Of a stretch of DNA of 64,000 bases, positions 43,842 to 53,595 are shown piece by piece. Source of the stretch: a virus (taxonomy: Duplodnaviria > Caudoviricetes); the IMG/VR virus record IMGVR_UViG_3300045391_004375, positions 16,816 to 80,815 of that record. One strand, given 5' to 3'. Every line of letters begins with the position of its first letter. Within the stretch, counting starts at the first letter, position 1. The notes beneath the pieces were generated by a model. That model saw only the letters and a list, made by a program, of their open reading frames with translations. It searched no databases and was not told the DNA's origin. The position numbers and the translations under genes are program-made.

Positions 43842-44900
43842 ATGATGACGCGCACGTTCGCGATCGACTGGGACATTCACCCAGACCGCGACCCCGGCCA
43901 GCTCATCGGCTTCACCTCCAACGGGACGCCGGTTTGGCAGCTCGCCGGTGGTGCCCCGATCACCATCACCTCCTGGATCCCGATCGAGTACAGCTCGGAC
44001 GTCGTCCAGCGGGTTCGGACCGAGTCCGTGATCGAGCGGCAGGCCCGCCGGGTCGCGATGGGCTCCAAGACCAAGTCCATCCCGCGTTCGGCCGGCGTGA
44101 CCGTCACCGCCGGCACGACCTACACCGACGACGCCAGCACCAACGACGAGGTTGTGCTCACCGCGCGGCGCTTCATCGCCCGCGTACAGATCGACGAGGA
44201 CGACCTGGCCGACGCCAGCACCCGTATGGACGTCATCGGCACGAAGGCCCTCGACTGGGCCATCAGCTACGCCGACGTGTTCGACAACGCGTGCCTGGCT
44301 GTCACCGGCACCGAGAACGGCACCACGGTGCCCTTCACCTCGGCGTACAAGCGGCTGCGGACCACCAACGCGAACACCGGCTACACCGCCGACGACAACT
44401 ACACCACGTGGGACGACGACCTCATCTCGGTGCCGACCACGCCGGCCGGCACGTCGCTGTACGAGAAGCTGTCGTTCATCTTCAAGAAGGTGGAGACCAG
44501 CAAGTACTGGTCGCAGCCGGACATGATCGTCATCGCGGCGCCCGGCTGGCGTGACGCGCTGCGCATGTGCGTGGACGCCCAGGGCCGCCCGATCTTCACC
44601 TCCGGCGGGGGCCTGCCCGGCAACGGCACCCCGGACACCCTGTTCCAGACCCCGATCTCGTGGTCGCGTGGCTGCAAGACCTCGGCCACCAACACGGGCT
44701 CCCCGACTGGCAACGACCTGCTGTTCTTCGTGAACAAGCGGTACCTGGCCCGGGGCGACCGGTCCGGCCCGGAGACGCTGACCGACAACGCGCGGGCGCA
44801 GGACGACTCCGACAACTACGCGATCAAGTTCCGTGCCCGTCGGGCCTTCCAGCTCACCCACGAGAACGCGGCGGCCGTGCTGGAGCGCATCACCGACTAA
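43842..44900 (+). CDS. major capsid protein (HK97 fold)
   Basis: IPIEYSSDVVQRV..S.I.., LRMCVDAQGRP, R.RRAF..HENAAAVL. Confidence 0.85.
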   Translation: MMTRTFAIDWDIHPDRDPGQLIGFTSNGTPVWQLAGGAPITITSWIPIEYSSDVVQRVRTESVIERQARRVAMGSKTKSIPRSAGVTVTAGTTYTDDASTNDEVVLTARRFIARVQIDEDDLADASTRMDVIGTKALDWAISYADVFDNACLAVTGTENGTTVPFTSAYKRLRTTNANTGYTADDNYTTWDDDLISVPTTPAGTSLYEKLSFIFKKVETSKYWSQPDMIVIAAPGWRDALRMCVDAQGRPIFTSGGGLPGNGTPDTLFQTPISWSRGCKTSATNTGSPTGNDLLFFVNKRYLARGDRSGPETLTDNARAQDDSDNYAIKFRARRAFQLTHENAAAVLERITD

Positions 44901-44909
44901 CCGAAGCTC

Positions 44910-44954
44910 GCCCCCGGGCCGACACAAATTCGAGGGTGGGTCCGGCCCGGGGGC
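44910..44954 (+). terminator. hairpin after the MCP gene
   Basis: 12-bp GCCCCCGGGCCG/CGGCCCGGGGGC. Confidence 0.5.
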
Positions 44955-44994
44955 GTCAACTTCGGCAAGGTGATTCGAGGGAGAGGTGGGGGCC

Positions 44995-45345
44995 ATGTCC
45001 GGTGTCCGCCTCGACATCGAAGTGGAACAGAACGGCACGTTCGAACTGGCCGTTCAGGTGCTCGACTCCGGCGGCGTGGACCCCCGCACCGACCTGGCCG
45101 GCTGGGGCGGGGTGCTGCAGATCCGGGCCGACCGGGACCCGCTGGCCACGCTGTACGCCTCGGCCGTGGTCAGCGTCGACTCGGCAACCGCCATCGCCAC
45201 AGCCACCATCGACGCCGACGATACGGCCGTGATGACCTGGCGGTCCGGCGAGTACGACTTCTACATCACCGACAACGGCAGCCCCGCACAAAGGATCTTC
45301 CTGTGCTGGGGTAGCGCGAAGTTCGTCAAGCGGGTCAGCACCTGA
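44995..45345 (+). CDS. beta-sandwich structural/accessory protein
   Basis: IEVEQNGTF..DLAGW..LQIR..W..GEYDF. Confidence 0.65.
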   Translation: MSGVRLDIEVEQNGTFELAVQVLDSGGVDPRTDLAGWGGVLQIRADRDPLATLYASAVVSVDSATAIATATIDADDTAVMTWRSGEYDFYITDNGSPAQRIFLCWGSAKFVKRVST

Positions 45346-45362
45346 CCCGGTCGGGAGGACCG

Positions 45363-45488
45363 ATGGCCGGCAAGAAGAAGACCGCAAGCGCCACGCACGC
45401 CAAGACCTACGCGGCCATGAAGCGTCGGGGCATGCCCGCCGGGGCGGCCATGAAGATGGCCAAGAAGGCGGCCAAGAAATGCAAGTAG
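45363..45488 (+). CDS. tiny Lys/Ala-rich basic protein (41 aa)
   Basis: GGAGG RBS; MAGKKKTASATHAKTYAAMKRRG.. Confidence 0.6.
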   Translation: MAGKKKTASATHAKTYAAMKRRGMPAGAAMKMAKKAAKKCK

Positions 45489-45817
45489 GCTCGGGCGCCA
45501 CCCTGCTCAGCCCACCGGTACGCCGGTGGGCGTGCGTGGCCTGCCCGGCCACCGACACCACCACCGAGGTGGAGCCGCACACCCGCATGCACGCCTGCCC
45601 GACGGCCGGCGGCATGTCCGTGCCGATGGTGCCCGCCGGCACGCGGGGCCGGCTACAGATCAACATGCGGGAGGACTACGTGGGCCGCGAAGACGTCCAG
45701 CGGGACGCCGACGGCCGCGTGGTCATGTCGGTGAACGTGATCCGGGACGACGGTATGGACTGCGCGGTGTACGCACCGACGGCCACCAGCCGGGGGGAGG
45801 CAGTGGGTCGTGGCTGA
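45479..45817 (+). CDS. hypothetical phage protein
   Basis: W.CxxC..PHTRMH.C..REDYVG..DC.VYAPTA. Confidence 0.65.
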   Translation: MQVGSGATLLSPPVRRWACVACPATDTTTEVEPHTRMHACPTAGGMSVPMVPAGTRGRLQINMREDYVGREDVQRDADGRVVMSVNVIRDDGMDCAVYAPTATSRGEAVGRG

Positions 45818-46142
45818 ATCCGACATCGCGCAGGCCGGGGCCGACGCGCCCGACGCAGGTGCCAACCAGGGTGGGTGGGCCGACCAGCTTCTCAACCCGG
45901 AGCCGGCGCCGGAGCGCCCCCGCAACCGCCGGGAGCTGGCGATCCAGCTCGACCTGGCCATGGCCAACCGGGCCGGCCTGGAAGCCGGACTGGCGAAGCT
46001 GCAGGCCACCGTCGAGGCGGTCGAAGGCGCACTGGAAGAGGCCCGTCAGGCCGAGGCCGACGCGCAGGCCGCGCTCGACCAGGCCGAACAGGCCGAAGCC
46101 GGGCAGGGCGAAGCCGACGACGAGACGGGAGTGGCGCCGTGA
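45810..46142 (+). CDS. coiled-coil protein
   Basis: GGAGG RBS; heptad pattern. Confidence 0.6.
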   Translation: MAESDIAQAGADAPDAGANQGGWADQLLNPEPAPERPRNRRELAIQLDLAMANRAGLEAGLAKLQATVEAVEGALEEARQAEADAQAALDQAEQAEAGQGEADDETGVAP

Positions 46143-46621
46143 GCTGGTCAGCCTCCGGCATGTTCCGCGAGTGGAACATCATGACGTTCCAGGTGTCCGC
46201 CACTGGATACACCGGCATCGACAGCGACACCATCAAGGCCGCCCTGTTCAACAACACGACCACCCCCGACAAGGACGCGGCGGTCGCATCGACCGGCTTC
46301 AACACCGGCGTGTGGACCACCACCAACGAGGTCACCGACGCCACCAACTGGGTGTCCGGCGGCCGGGCCCTGGCCAGCAAGACCTTCACCACACCGGCGT
46401 CCGGTGTGGCGATGTTCGACGCGGCCGACCTGGCCGGCGGCGGCACGGTCACCCTGACCAACGCGTTCGGGGCGTTCGTCTACGACGACACCATCACCGC
46501 CGGCACCGTCGCCGACCAGGGAATCTGTTTCAACTATTTCGGCGGGGCGCAGACAGTCACCGCCGGCACGTTCACGATCGTGTGGAACGCCAACGGCATT
46601 GCCCGGATCACCAGTAGCTAA
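46139..46621 (+). CDS. putative virion structural protein
   Basis: IKAALFNN..FDAAD..FTIVWNANGI. Confidence 0.7.
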   Translation: MSWSASGMFREWNIMTFQVSATGYTGIDSDTIKAALFNNTTTPDKDAAVASTGFNTGVWTTTNEVTDATNWVSGGRALASKTFTTPASGVAMFDAADLAGGGTVTLTNAFGAFVYDDTITAGTVADQGICFNYFGGAQTVTAGTFTIVWNANGIARITSS

Positions 46622-46630
46622 GGGGTCGAC

Positions 46631-47176
46631 ATGGGCGCCTCGTACTGGGTCACACCGCTACCCCCGTTCCACACCGCCAGTGGTCAGCTCGCCTCGTTCA
46701 CCACCCTGGCCGACCTGTTCCCGACGGCCGCGCAGGGCTCGATCGTCATCCCGGCCGGGCAGCTCATCATCGGCTCGGAGATCGAGATCGAGGCCGCCGG
46801 CAACTTGTCCTCGACCGGCACCCCGACCTTCACCCTCGGCCTCTACTTCGGTGGGGTGGCCGGTGTGGCCCTGGCGGCCAGCTCGGCGAAGACCACCGCC
46901 TCCGGCGCGGCCTCCCACCCGTGGAAGATGCGCTACCGGGGCGTGGTGCGGGCCGTCGGCACATCCGGCTCGATCGTCGGTGCCGGAGAGCTGTGGTTCC
47001 CGACCGCCCTGGCCGCCTGGACCTGCACCCCGATCCCGGAGACGGCGGCGGCCAGGACCGTCACCATCGACACCACCACCGCCAAGTCGATTACTGTCGG
47101 TTCGGCCTGCTCGGCCTCCAGCGCCTCCAACATCATCGTTTGTGACGACCTCTCGGTGAAGCTGGTGAACGCCTGA
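46631..47176 (+). CDS. putative virion structural protein
   Basis: Thr/Gly/Ala-rich beta-type ORF. Confidence 0.65.
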   Translation: MGASYWVTPLPPFHTASGQLASFTTLADLFPTAAQGSIVIPAGQLIIGSEIEIEAAGNLSSTGTPTFTLGLYFGGVAGVALAASSAKTTASGAASHPWKMRYRGVVRAVGTSGSIVGAGELWFPTALAAWTCTPIPETAAARTVTIDTTTAKSITVGSACSASSASNIIVCDDLSVKLVNA

Positions 47177-47508
47177 TGAGCGCGAGCAAGGTGGGCGGCC
47201 CGCTGCAGAGCCCATGGGTGTACGACAGCGGGTCGGACAGCAACGGCAACCGGGTCACCCTCACGATCAACTTCAACACGACCACGCACGCCCTCGCCAA
47301 CGCGGTGCTGCACCGGGACGCCGGCTGCATGTACAAGAAGATCTACATCGGGTTGGGCCCCGACGGCACCGCCGACTCCACCACCCACGTCTTCGGCATC
47401 GGCAACCTGGAAGGCGACCGCAACATCACCGCCGCCGGCCTCCAAGCGGTCGGACTGACCACCATCGACGACGTGATCGCCCTCGGGCAGATCACCGCCG
47501 GCCCGTGA
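47176..47508 (+). CDS. hypothetical protein
   Basis: TGATG coupling. Confidence 0.65.
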   Translation: MSASKVGGPLQSPWVYDSGSDSNGNRVTLTINFNTTTHALANAVLHRDAGCMYKKIYIGLGPDGTADSTTHVFGIGNLEGDRNITAAGLQAVGLTTIDDVIALGQITAGP

Positions 47509-47588
47509 GTTGATCGAGCGAAAGTCCTGGTATTGCTCGCCCGGGCAGACCACTATGGACTGTCCATAGTGGAATGAGGGGGTGAGTT

Positions 47589-49676
47589 GTGGCGATCATC
47601 GAGACTTCCAATACGCCGGCGGTCGTCACCCAGACCGACGGCACCATCTCGGCCCTGTCGACGGCCAGCTTTACCCCCGACCCGTGGTCACTGATCCTGG
47701 TCCTGTGGGCCGGAAACTCGATCGACCCCACCACCCCCCTGCAGCCGGGCATCACCGACAACCTCGGCACCCACCTGGGCTGGAAACTCAACGACTGGTC
47801 GGCCCGCGCCGACGGCCCGGCCGCCGACGGCCAGGCGGCTACCTGGTGGGCCACCGTGGGCGGGTCGCCGTCGGCGATGACCGTCACCGTGTCCAACATC
47901 GCCGCATCCGGCGGCCGGCACGCGGCCCTCGCCGTGCGGGTGCTGGCCGGCGCGGCCGACCAGCCGATCGGCGCGCACGGCAAGAGCGGCTCCATCTCGG
48001 CCGGCTCGATCGCCCAGACGTTCACCCCGCAGGGCGACAACTCTGCGGTGTACCTGGTTGACTGCGACTGGGCTGCCACCGGCGTGCAGACCGCCGGGGC
48101 CGGCACCTCGGTGATCAGCTCGGCCAACGTCGGCGCCCCCGACATCTCCTACGGCATCTTCAAGCGCACCGCCAACGACACGACCGTCCCCACCAGCAGC
48201 AGCATCAACGCCACCCTGGGCGGCACCTCCACGTCGGTGCGGTGGGCGTACGTCGAGGTGCGGGCCCAACCCACCAACGTGGCCCGGCCCTACGCCGGCC
48301 CCAACCCCAACCCGAAAGCGCCCGGCCCGCGCTTCTGGCTGACCAACCCGTGGGGCGACCGGAGTGTGGCCGCCCCCGCCGGTGGGGGCGACGTCACCAC
48401 CACCCCCGCGCAGGCCGACGCCACCGCCGACGGGCTCGACGCCGCCGCCGCCAGCACCACCACCCCCGCGCAGGCCGACGCGACCGGCACCGCCGCCGAC
48501 GCCTCGACCGCCGGCACCGCCACCCCCGCCGAGGCGGCGGCCACCGGCGCCGCCGCCAACCCGAGCATCACCGCCACCACCGGGGCCACCCAGGCTGACG
48601 CCACCGCCACCGGCCAGGACGCCCAAGGTGGGGTTGGGCCCACCCCCGCCGAGGCGGCGGCCACCGCCACCGGGCTCGACGCCACCGGGGTGGTCAGCAC
48701 CGCCACGCCGGCCCAGGCCGACGCCGCCGGCACCGCCGCCAACCCGGCCGCCGACATCGCCGTACCCGCCAACATGGCCCAGGCGACCGCCGCCGGCCAG
48801 GACGCCCAAGGCGCCACCGGTGGCCAGGCCGGTCAGGCCGGCGCCACCGCCACCGGGCTCGACGCGTCGGCCACCTCGACGGCCACCCCGGCCGAGGCCG
48901 CCGCGACGGCCACCGGCCTGGACGCCAGCACCGCCATCACCGTCAACGCCGGGGTCGCCTCGGCCACCGCCGACGCGTTCGACGCCACCGTCAGCACCAG
49001 CAGCAACGTCAACGCCTCGGCCGGCACCGGCGACGCCACCGGGGCCGCCCAGGACGCCCAGGCGGCCATCGGGGCGTCCGCCGGTACCGCAGCGGCCACC
49101 GGCGCCGGACAGGACGCCACCGGCGCCGTGGGCGGCCAAGCCGGGGCCGCCGGGGCCACCGCCGCCGGCCAGGACGCGACCGCCGCCAACACGACCACCC
49201 CGGCCCAGGCTGACGCGGTCGCGAGCGCGGCAACCGCCGCCAGCGCGGCGACCACGGCCGCCGACGTCGCCCAGGCCACCGGGACAGGCCTCGACGCGCA
49301 GCCGGCCGGGGCGGCCGGGGCCGGCACCGCCGGAGCCACCGCCGCCGGACAGGCCGCAGCCGGCACGCTGACCACGAATGGTGGCACCGCCGACGCGACC
49401 GCCGCCGCGTTCGACGCGTTCGCCCAGGTGTACGCGGTGGGCGTGGCCGCCGCCGTCGCCGACGCGTTCGACGCGGTGGTGGTCACGGTCTCCGGCAACA
49501 TTCGGCCGCGCGTGGACCTGCGGGTGCCGACCGGCACCGCCCTGGGCCGGGTCGCCCCGATTCCGCGCACGCTCGGGGCGGCCCCCACCCGTCGGCAGCG
49601 GGTGGCCCCGGCCGCGCCGACCACCACAGTGGTCAGCGACCCGATCGACCAGCGCGTCCGGCAGGTGACGGGGTGA
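47589..49676 (+). CDS. Ala/Thr-rich repeat fibre-like protein
   Basis: Globular N-terminus then many TPAQADA/ATATG.DA repeats. Confidence 0.75.
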   Translation: MAIIETSNTPAVVTQTDGTISALSTASFTPDPWSLILVLWAGNSIDPTTPLQPGITDNLGTHLGWKLNDWSARADGPAADGQAATWWATVGGSPSAMTVTVSNIAASGGRHAALAVRVLAGAADQPIGAHGKSGSISAGSIAQTFTPQGDNSAVYLVDCDWAATGVQTAGAGTSVISSANVGAPDISYGIFKRTANDTTVPTSSSINATLGGTSTSVRWAYVEVRAQPTNVARPYAGPNPNPKAPGPRFWLTNPWGDRSVAAPAGGGDVTTTPAQADATADGLDAAAASTTTPAQADATGTAADASTAGTATPAEAAATGAAANPSITATTGATQADATATGQDAQGGVGPTPAEAAATATGLDATGVVSTATPAQADAAGTAANPAADIAVPANMAQATAAGQDAQGATGGQAGQAGATATGLDASATSTATPAEAAATATGLDASTAITVNAGVASATADAFDATVSTSSNVNASAGTGDATGAAQDAQAAIGASAGTAAATGAGQDATGAVGGQAGAAGATAAGQDATAANTTTPAQADAVASAATAASAATTAADVAQATGTGLDAQPAGAAGAGTAGATAAGQAAAGTLTTNGGTADATAAAFDAFAQVYAVGVAAAVADAFDAVVVTVSGNIRPRVDLRVPTGTALGRVAPIPRTLGAAPTRRQRVAPAAPTTTVVSDPIDQRVRQVTG

Positions 49677-49719
49677 GTGGCGGTACCCTCGACGCAAACC
49701 GTGAGAGGCAGGATCACCC

Positions 49720-50451
49720 GTGACTGAAGCGACACCGACCAGCGCGCCGACCACCCAGTTCGACGACCTGAGCAAGGCTGAGGAGTTCGTCTTCGACTAC
49801 TCCCGGGTGGGTCGGCGGCAGCTTGTGGCCATGGCCGTGCACCGGGGGCTGCTCGGCTCCGGCACCAACCCGCAGCTGATCGAGCGACTCCGCGACTGGG
49901 ACCACGCCCACCCGGACGCCACCGACGCCGAGCGGTTCCCGCCGGAGCCCGGCCAGGAGTCCAGCCAGGAGCCCGCTCGGCAGCCGGAGCGGCCGGCGGC
50001 GGAGACGCCAGCGGCCGGCGGAGCAGACGCCGATCAAGACGAGCAGGACGACGAGCAGGACGACGAAACCCCCACCACGTCGGAGCCGCCGGCCGCCGGG
50101 GCACCTGCCGCCCCGGCGGCCGGCCCCACCATGTTCGGGGGCATCCTGCGGGGTGGCCTGACCGACCCGGGGCCGATGCCGACCACCGCCACCGCCGGTG
50201 TGGTGGAGGCCGGGCGGACCCCCACGGCGGTGGCCCGGATGTTCCGGGCCGAGTTCCCGCTGGGCGACCGTTCGATCGACGACGCCCACCACCTGCGGCT
50301 GATCGAGGAAACCCACCGGCTGGCCAACGAGGCCGGCTACCAGACCCGGGGCGGGCTGACGGTCGGTCATCGCGTCGGCTTCTCCTCCAACGAGCGCGGC
50401 CGTACCGTGATCTACGAGGTGCACCTCAAGCGCGAACCGCGCGAGCAGTAA
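49720..50451 (+). CDS. SAP/HeH-like motif protein
   Basis: RRQLVAMAVHRGLLGSGTNPQLIERL. Confidence 0.55.
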   Translation: MTEATPTSAPTTQFDDLSKAEEFVFDYSRVGRRQLVAMAVHRGLLGSGTNPQLIERLRDWDHAHPDATDAERFPPEPGQESSQEPARQPERPAAETPAAGGADADQDEQDDEQDDETPTTSEPPAAGAPAAPAAGPTMFGGILRGGLTDPGPMPTTATAGVVEAGRTPTAVARMFRAEFPLGDRSIDDAHHLRLIEETHRLANEAGYQTRGGLTVGHRVGFSSNERGRTVIYEVHLKREPREQ

Positions 50452-50461
50452 GGAGACCGCC

Positions 50462-50965
50462 ATGTGGGTGGATCTTGACGAGGTCAAGACGATCACCGGC
50501 CAGGAGCCCACCGTGGGCGCCCTGGCCGCCGCGCACATCCTGGTGGCCCTGCTCGCCGGCATCCCGGACACGGCCGACCTGGGCGACACCGGCATCGTGT
50601 CGACCACCAATGCCCGGCATCTGCAGTGGGCGGTCGCCTTCCAGGCGGTGTGGCTCGACGAGCACCCGGACGCGTTGACCGCGATGGACACCACCGGGGT
50701 GAGCGCCGACGGGGTCAGCGCCCAGTACGCCAGCGCCTACGCCGCCTTCCTCGGCCCGATCCCCCGCATGTGCCTCAACCGGTTGTCGTGGCGGCGGGAC
50801 CCGCTGCGGGTCCGCAAGACCCGCCAGCGCTACCCCGACGTGGGCAACCGGGACAGCGCGGTCCGGGACGACCAGTTCGTGTGGGTGCCGATGGGTGAGG
50901 GTGGCAGCCTCGGCCTGGACGCGCTGCGGGCCGCCAGCGGCGGCGGCCAGGTGTGGAGCGGGTGA
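50462..50965 (+). CDS. head-tail adaptor
   Basis: Synteny; WVDLDEVKTITG..AVAFQAVW. Confidence 0.65.
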   Translation: MWVDLDEVKTITGQEPTVGALAAAHILVALLAGIPDTADLGDTGIVSTTNARHLQWAVAFQAVWLDEHPDALTAMDTTGVSADGVSAQYASAYAAFLGPIPRMCLNRLSWRRDPLRVRKTRQRYPDVGNRDSAVRDDQFVWVPMGEGGSLGLDALRAASGGGQVWSG

Positions 50966-50984
50966 CCGGACGGATGGCGGGCAG

Positions 50985-51317
50985 ATGACCTGGCGGGCCA
51001 CCACCACGGTGACAGTGCTGCGCGGTGAAGGCACCGACGCGTGGAACGACACGATCGACATCGACACCCCGGTGTATGAGGGGGTTCGGATGCAGATCTC
51101 GGAGGGGGGCGCGTCGAGTCGTTCCCGCCCGGTCGACGGCCGCACCGATCAGGTCCGCAGCTTCACCGGCCGCTGCTCGGCCCGCTGGCAGCTGCGCAAA
51201 GACGACCGGGTCCGCGACGAACGCACCGGCGACGTGTACACGATCGACTTCTTGGTGACACCCCCGAATCCGGTCAACGGGGGTACCTGGAACTTGACCC
51301 TACGCAGGGTAAGCTGA
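50985..51317 (+). CDS. head closure/stopper protein
   Basis: Synteny; DRVRDERTGDVYTI. Confidence 0.65.
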   Translation: MTWRATTTVTVLRGEGTDAWNDTIDIDTPVYEGVRMQISEGGASSRSRPVDGRTDQVRSFTGRCSARWQLRKDDRVRDERTGDVYTIDFLVTPPNPVNGGTWNLTLRRVS

Positions 51318-51405
51318 CCGGCAACAACCGCGAGCGCCACCCACCATGCCGGGCAGACCGGCCAGCGCGGACGACCGCCGACACCCGCAGAGGGAGGTGG
51401 CCAGG

Positions 51406-51783
51406 GTGGCGCGTGTCATCCGGAACCCCGCGTTCCAGTCGTATTTCCTGGCTGCTGTCGGCGCGAACGTCAAGAAGGTCACCGACGAGATCACCGACGA
51501 CGCGATTGCTGGTTGTCCCATCGACTCCGGCGACCTGGTGGAGACGATCCACTCATACTTCCCGGGCAAGCTGCACGGTGTGGTCGTGGTCGGCACCGAC
51601 CACTGGCCGGCCACCGAGTACGGCTCCGAGCCGCACCTGATCATCTCCCACGGCCCGTGGTCACTGCACAACGCCGAGACGGACGAGTACTTCGGCCGGG
51701 TCGTCCACCACCCGGGCACCCCCGCGCAGCCGTTCATGCGGCCCGCGCTGTACCGCAAGCGCCACCTGGTGACGGTGGGCTGA
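51406..51783 (+). CDS. HK97 gp10-like tail completion protein
   Basis: CPIDSGDL..EYGS..HPGTPAQPFMRPAL. Confidence 0.8.
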   Translation: MARVIRNPAFQSYFLAAVGANVKKVTDEITDDAIAGCPIDSGDLVETIHSYFPGKLHGVVVVGTDHWPATEYGSEPHLIISHGPWSLHNAETDEYFGRVVHHPGTPAQPFMRPALYRKRHLVTVG

Positions 51784-51784
51784 G

Positions 51785-52261
51785 ATGACCCTCACGATCC
51801 CCACCAAGCCCAACAGTGAGCTGGTCGCCGCCGCCTGGATCCGCGACGTCGTCAACGCCTACGGGGCCGGCGTCGGCACCACCCTGCAAGGCCCGGACCG
51901 GGACACCGGCGTGCTCTCCTGGGGTGACGCCGGCTTCGTCCAGGTGTCGGTGATCGGCGGCCAGCCGCACCGGCACGTGCCGCTGCGCCAGCCGGTGGTC
52001 AGCGTCGACTGCTGGGCCGTCAACGTCAACGGCAAAGCCCCGCCGTGGGGTCGCGCGGCCAGCCTCGCCGAACTGGTCATGGTCGCCACCCAGGAGTGGC
52101 GCTTCGGCGACACCCAACGCCCGGTCACCCTCCCGGGCAGCTACGGCACGGCCCGGGTCGTCGGCGCCGTGGCCACCACCGAGGTGCGGCGCCGCCCCAG
52201 CGACGTCGCCAACTACGCCCACTACGGGTTCGAGCTGCAGTTCTCCTGGCTCAGCCTGTGA
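51785..52261 (+). CDS. tail terminator
   Basis: Synteny; VVSVDCWA. Confidence 0.7.
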   Translation: MTLTIPTKPNSELVAAAWIRDVVNAYGAGVGTTLQGPDRDTGVLSWGDAGFVQVSVIGGQPHRHVPLRQPVVSVDCWAVNVNGKAPPWGRAASLAELVMVATQEWRFGDTQRPVTLPGSYGTARVVGAVATTEVRRRPSDVANYAHYGFELQFSWLSL

Positions 52262-52296
52262 ACGAGGAAACGCCCTAAGGGAGGGAAACCGGCACA

Positions 52297-52893
52297 ATGG
52301 CTAACAAGCAGGCATACCAGGTGATCATGGGGGCGGCCTCGCTCTACAGCGGGACGTTCAGCTTGACCGGTGCGGCCGAACCGCTCGACCAGGCCGTCAA
52401 CAGCGTGCCCCAGTCGAGCGCGTGGACCGATCTGGGTTTCACCAACGACGGCGTCACCCTGACGATCAACCAGGAATTCGCCACGATGACCGTCGACCAG
52501 ATCGCCGACATCATCGGCCGCAAGATGACCAGCCGGGACTTCCAGGTGAAGGTCAACCTGGCCGAGGCGACCCTGGAGAACCTGACCATCGGCCTCAACT
52601 CCGGCACGGTGGCCACCGGGTCGGGCGCAGGCGTCAACTACAAGACGTACACGCCGGTGTACGACGGCACCGAGCTGCAGCCCACCTACTTCGCGTTGAT
52701 CATCGACGGCTACGCCCCGGCCGACAGCTCCGGCGTGGTCAAGCGGCGCCGGTTCATCCTGCGCAAGGTGATCTCCATCGACAACGTGGAGATCGCCTAC
52801 AAGAAGGGCGACATGACCCTCATCCCGGTGACCTTCGGCTGCCACTACGTGTCCACGACGCTGGCACCCTTCAAGATCATCGACCAGCTCTAA
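52297..52893 (+). CDS. major tail protein
   Basis: WTDLGFTNDGVTL..VKVNLAEATLENL. Confidence 0.85.
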   Translation: MANKQAYQVIMGAASLYSGTFSLTGAAEPLDQAVNSVPQSSAWTDLGFTNDGVTLTINQEFATMTVDQIADIIGRKMTSRDFQVKVNLAEATLENLTIGLNSGTVATGSGAGVNYKTYTPVYDGTELQPTYFALIIDGYAPADSSGVVKRRRFILRKVISIDNVEIAYKKGDMTLIPVTFGCHYVSTTLAPFKIIDQL

Positions 52894-52926
52894 ACCTACG
52901 ACCGCGAACCGCCAAGGAGGCAGGCC

Positions 52927-53232
52927 ATGGCATTGATCGAACTGACCACGCGAGAGCCGGAAGGCGACCGGGAGGAGTTCTTCTCGGTCGACGGCGAGGT
53001 GGTCACCATCCCGGTGGAGACCCCGCCCTACCTCTCGATGGTGTACCTCAAGGCGTTGCGCACCGGCGGCACGGACCGGGCCGTGGCGGTGGTGCTCGAC
53101 GAGCTGATCGGCAAGCGGGGGGTGGACCTGCTGGCCAAGGCCAAGAGCATGACGGCCGGCCAGCTCAAGCAGGTGATGGCGATTGTCGAGAAGAAGATCG
53201 GCGACCTGATGGAAGAGGCACAGGGAAACTGA
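52927..53232 (+). CDS. tail assembly chaperone (gpG-like)
   Basis: Ends at G-GGA-AAC slippery site (53223-53229). Confidence 0.85.
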   Translation: MALIELTTREPEGDREEFFSVDGEVVTIPVETPPYLSMVYLKALRTGGTDRAVAVVLDELIGKRGVDLLAKAKSMTAGQLKQVMAIVEKKIGDLMEEAQGN

Positions 53233-53582
53233 AGCGCCGCGCCGCTCAGATCATCTGGGTGCTCGACTACCTCCGGGACATCGAAGCGGACTTCGCGGCC
53301 TTCTACGGAATACAGATCGACATCGATAGCACGACCTGGGACGGCTGGGGGCGGATCAGCGCGGCGCGGTTCTTCCGTCTCGCGTACCGCCTTCCGGCCT
53401 ACGAGGGGGCCTTGCGGGCCAGACTGGCCGCCGAGCGGGAGCAGGACGGACCACCCACCGGTGGTCAGCCGAGGGAGCCGGAACCGGTGGCGGTCGCCTT
53501 GACGCCGGAGATGGCGGCCCGGGGGGTGATGTTCGGTGACCTGGCCGGCATCGTCGAGGTGGTGCAGGTACAGCCGCAGTGA
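53228..53582 (+). CDS. tail assembly chaperone gpGT extension (-1 frame)
   Basis: Open -1 frame KLKRRAAQIIWVLDY..IEADF directly before the tape measure gene. Confidence 0.8.
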
Positions 53583-53595
53583 GGGGAGGTAGGGC

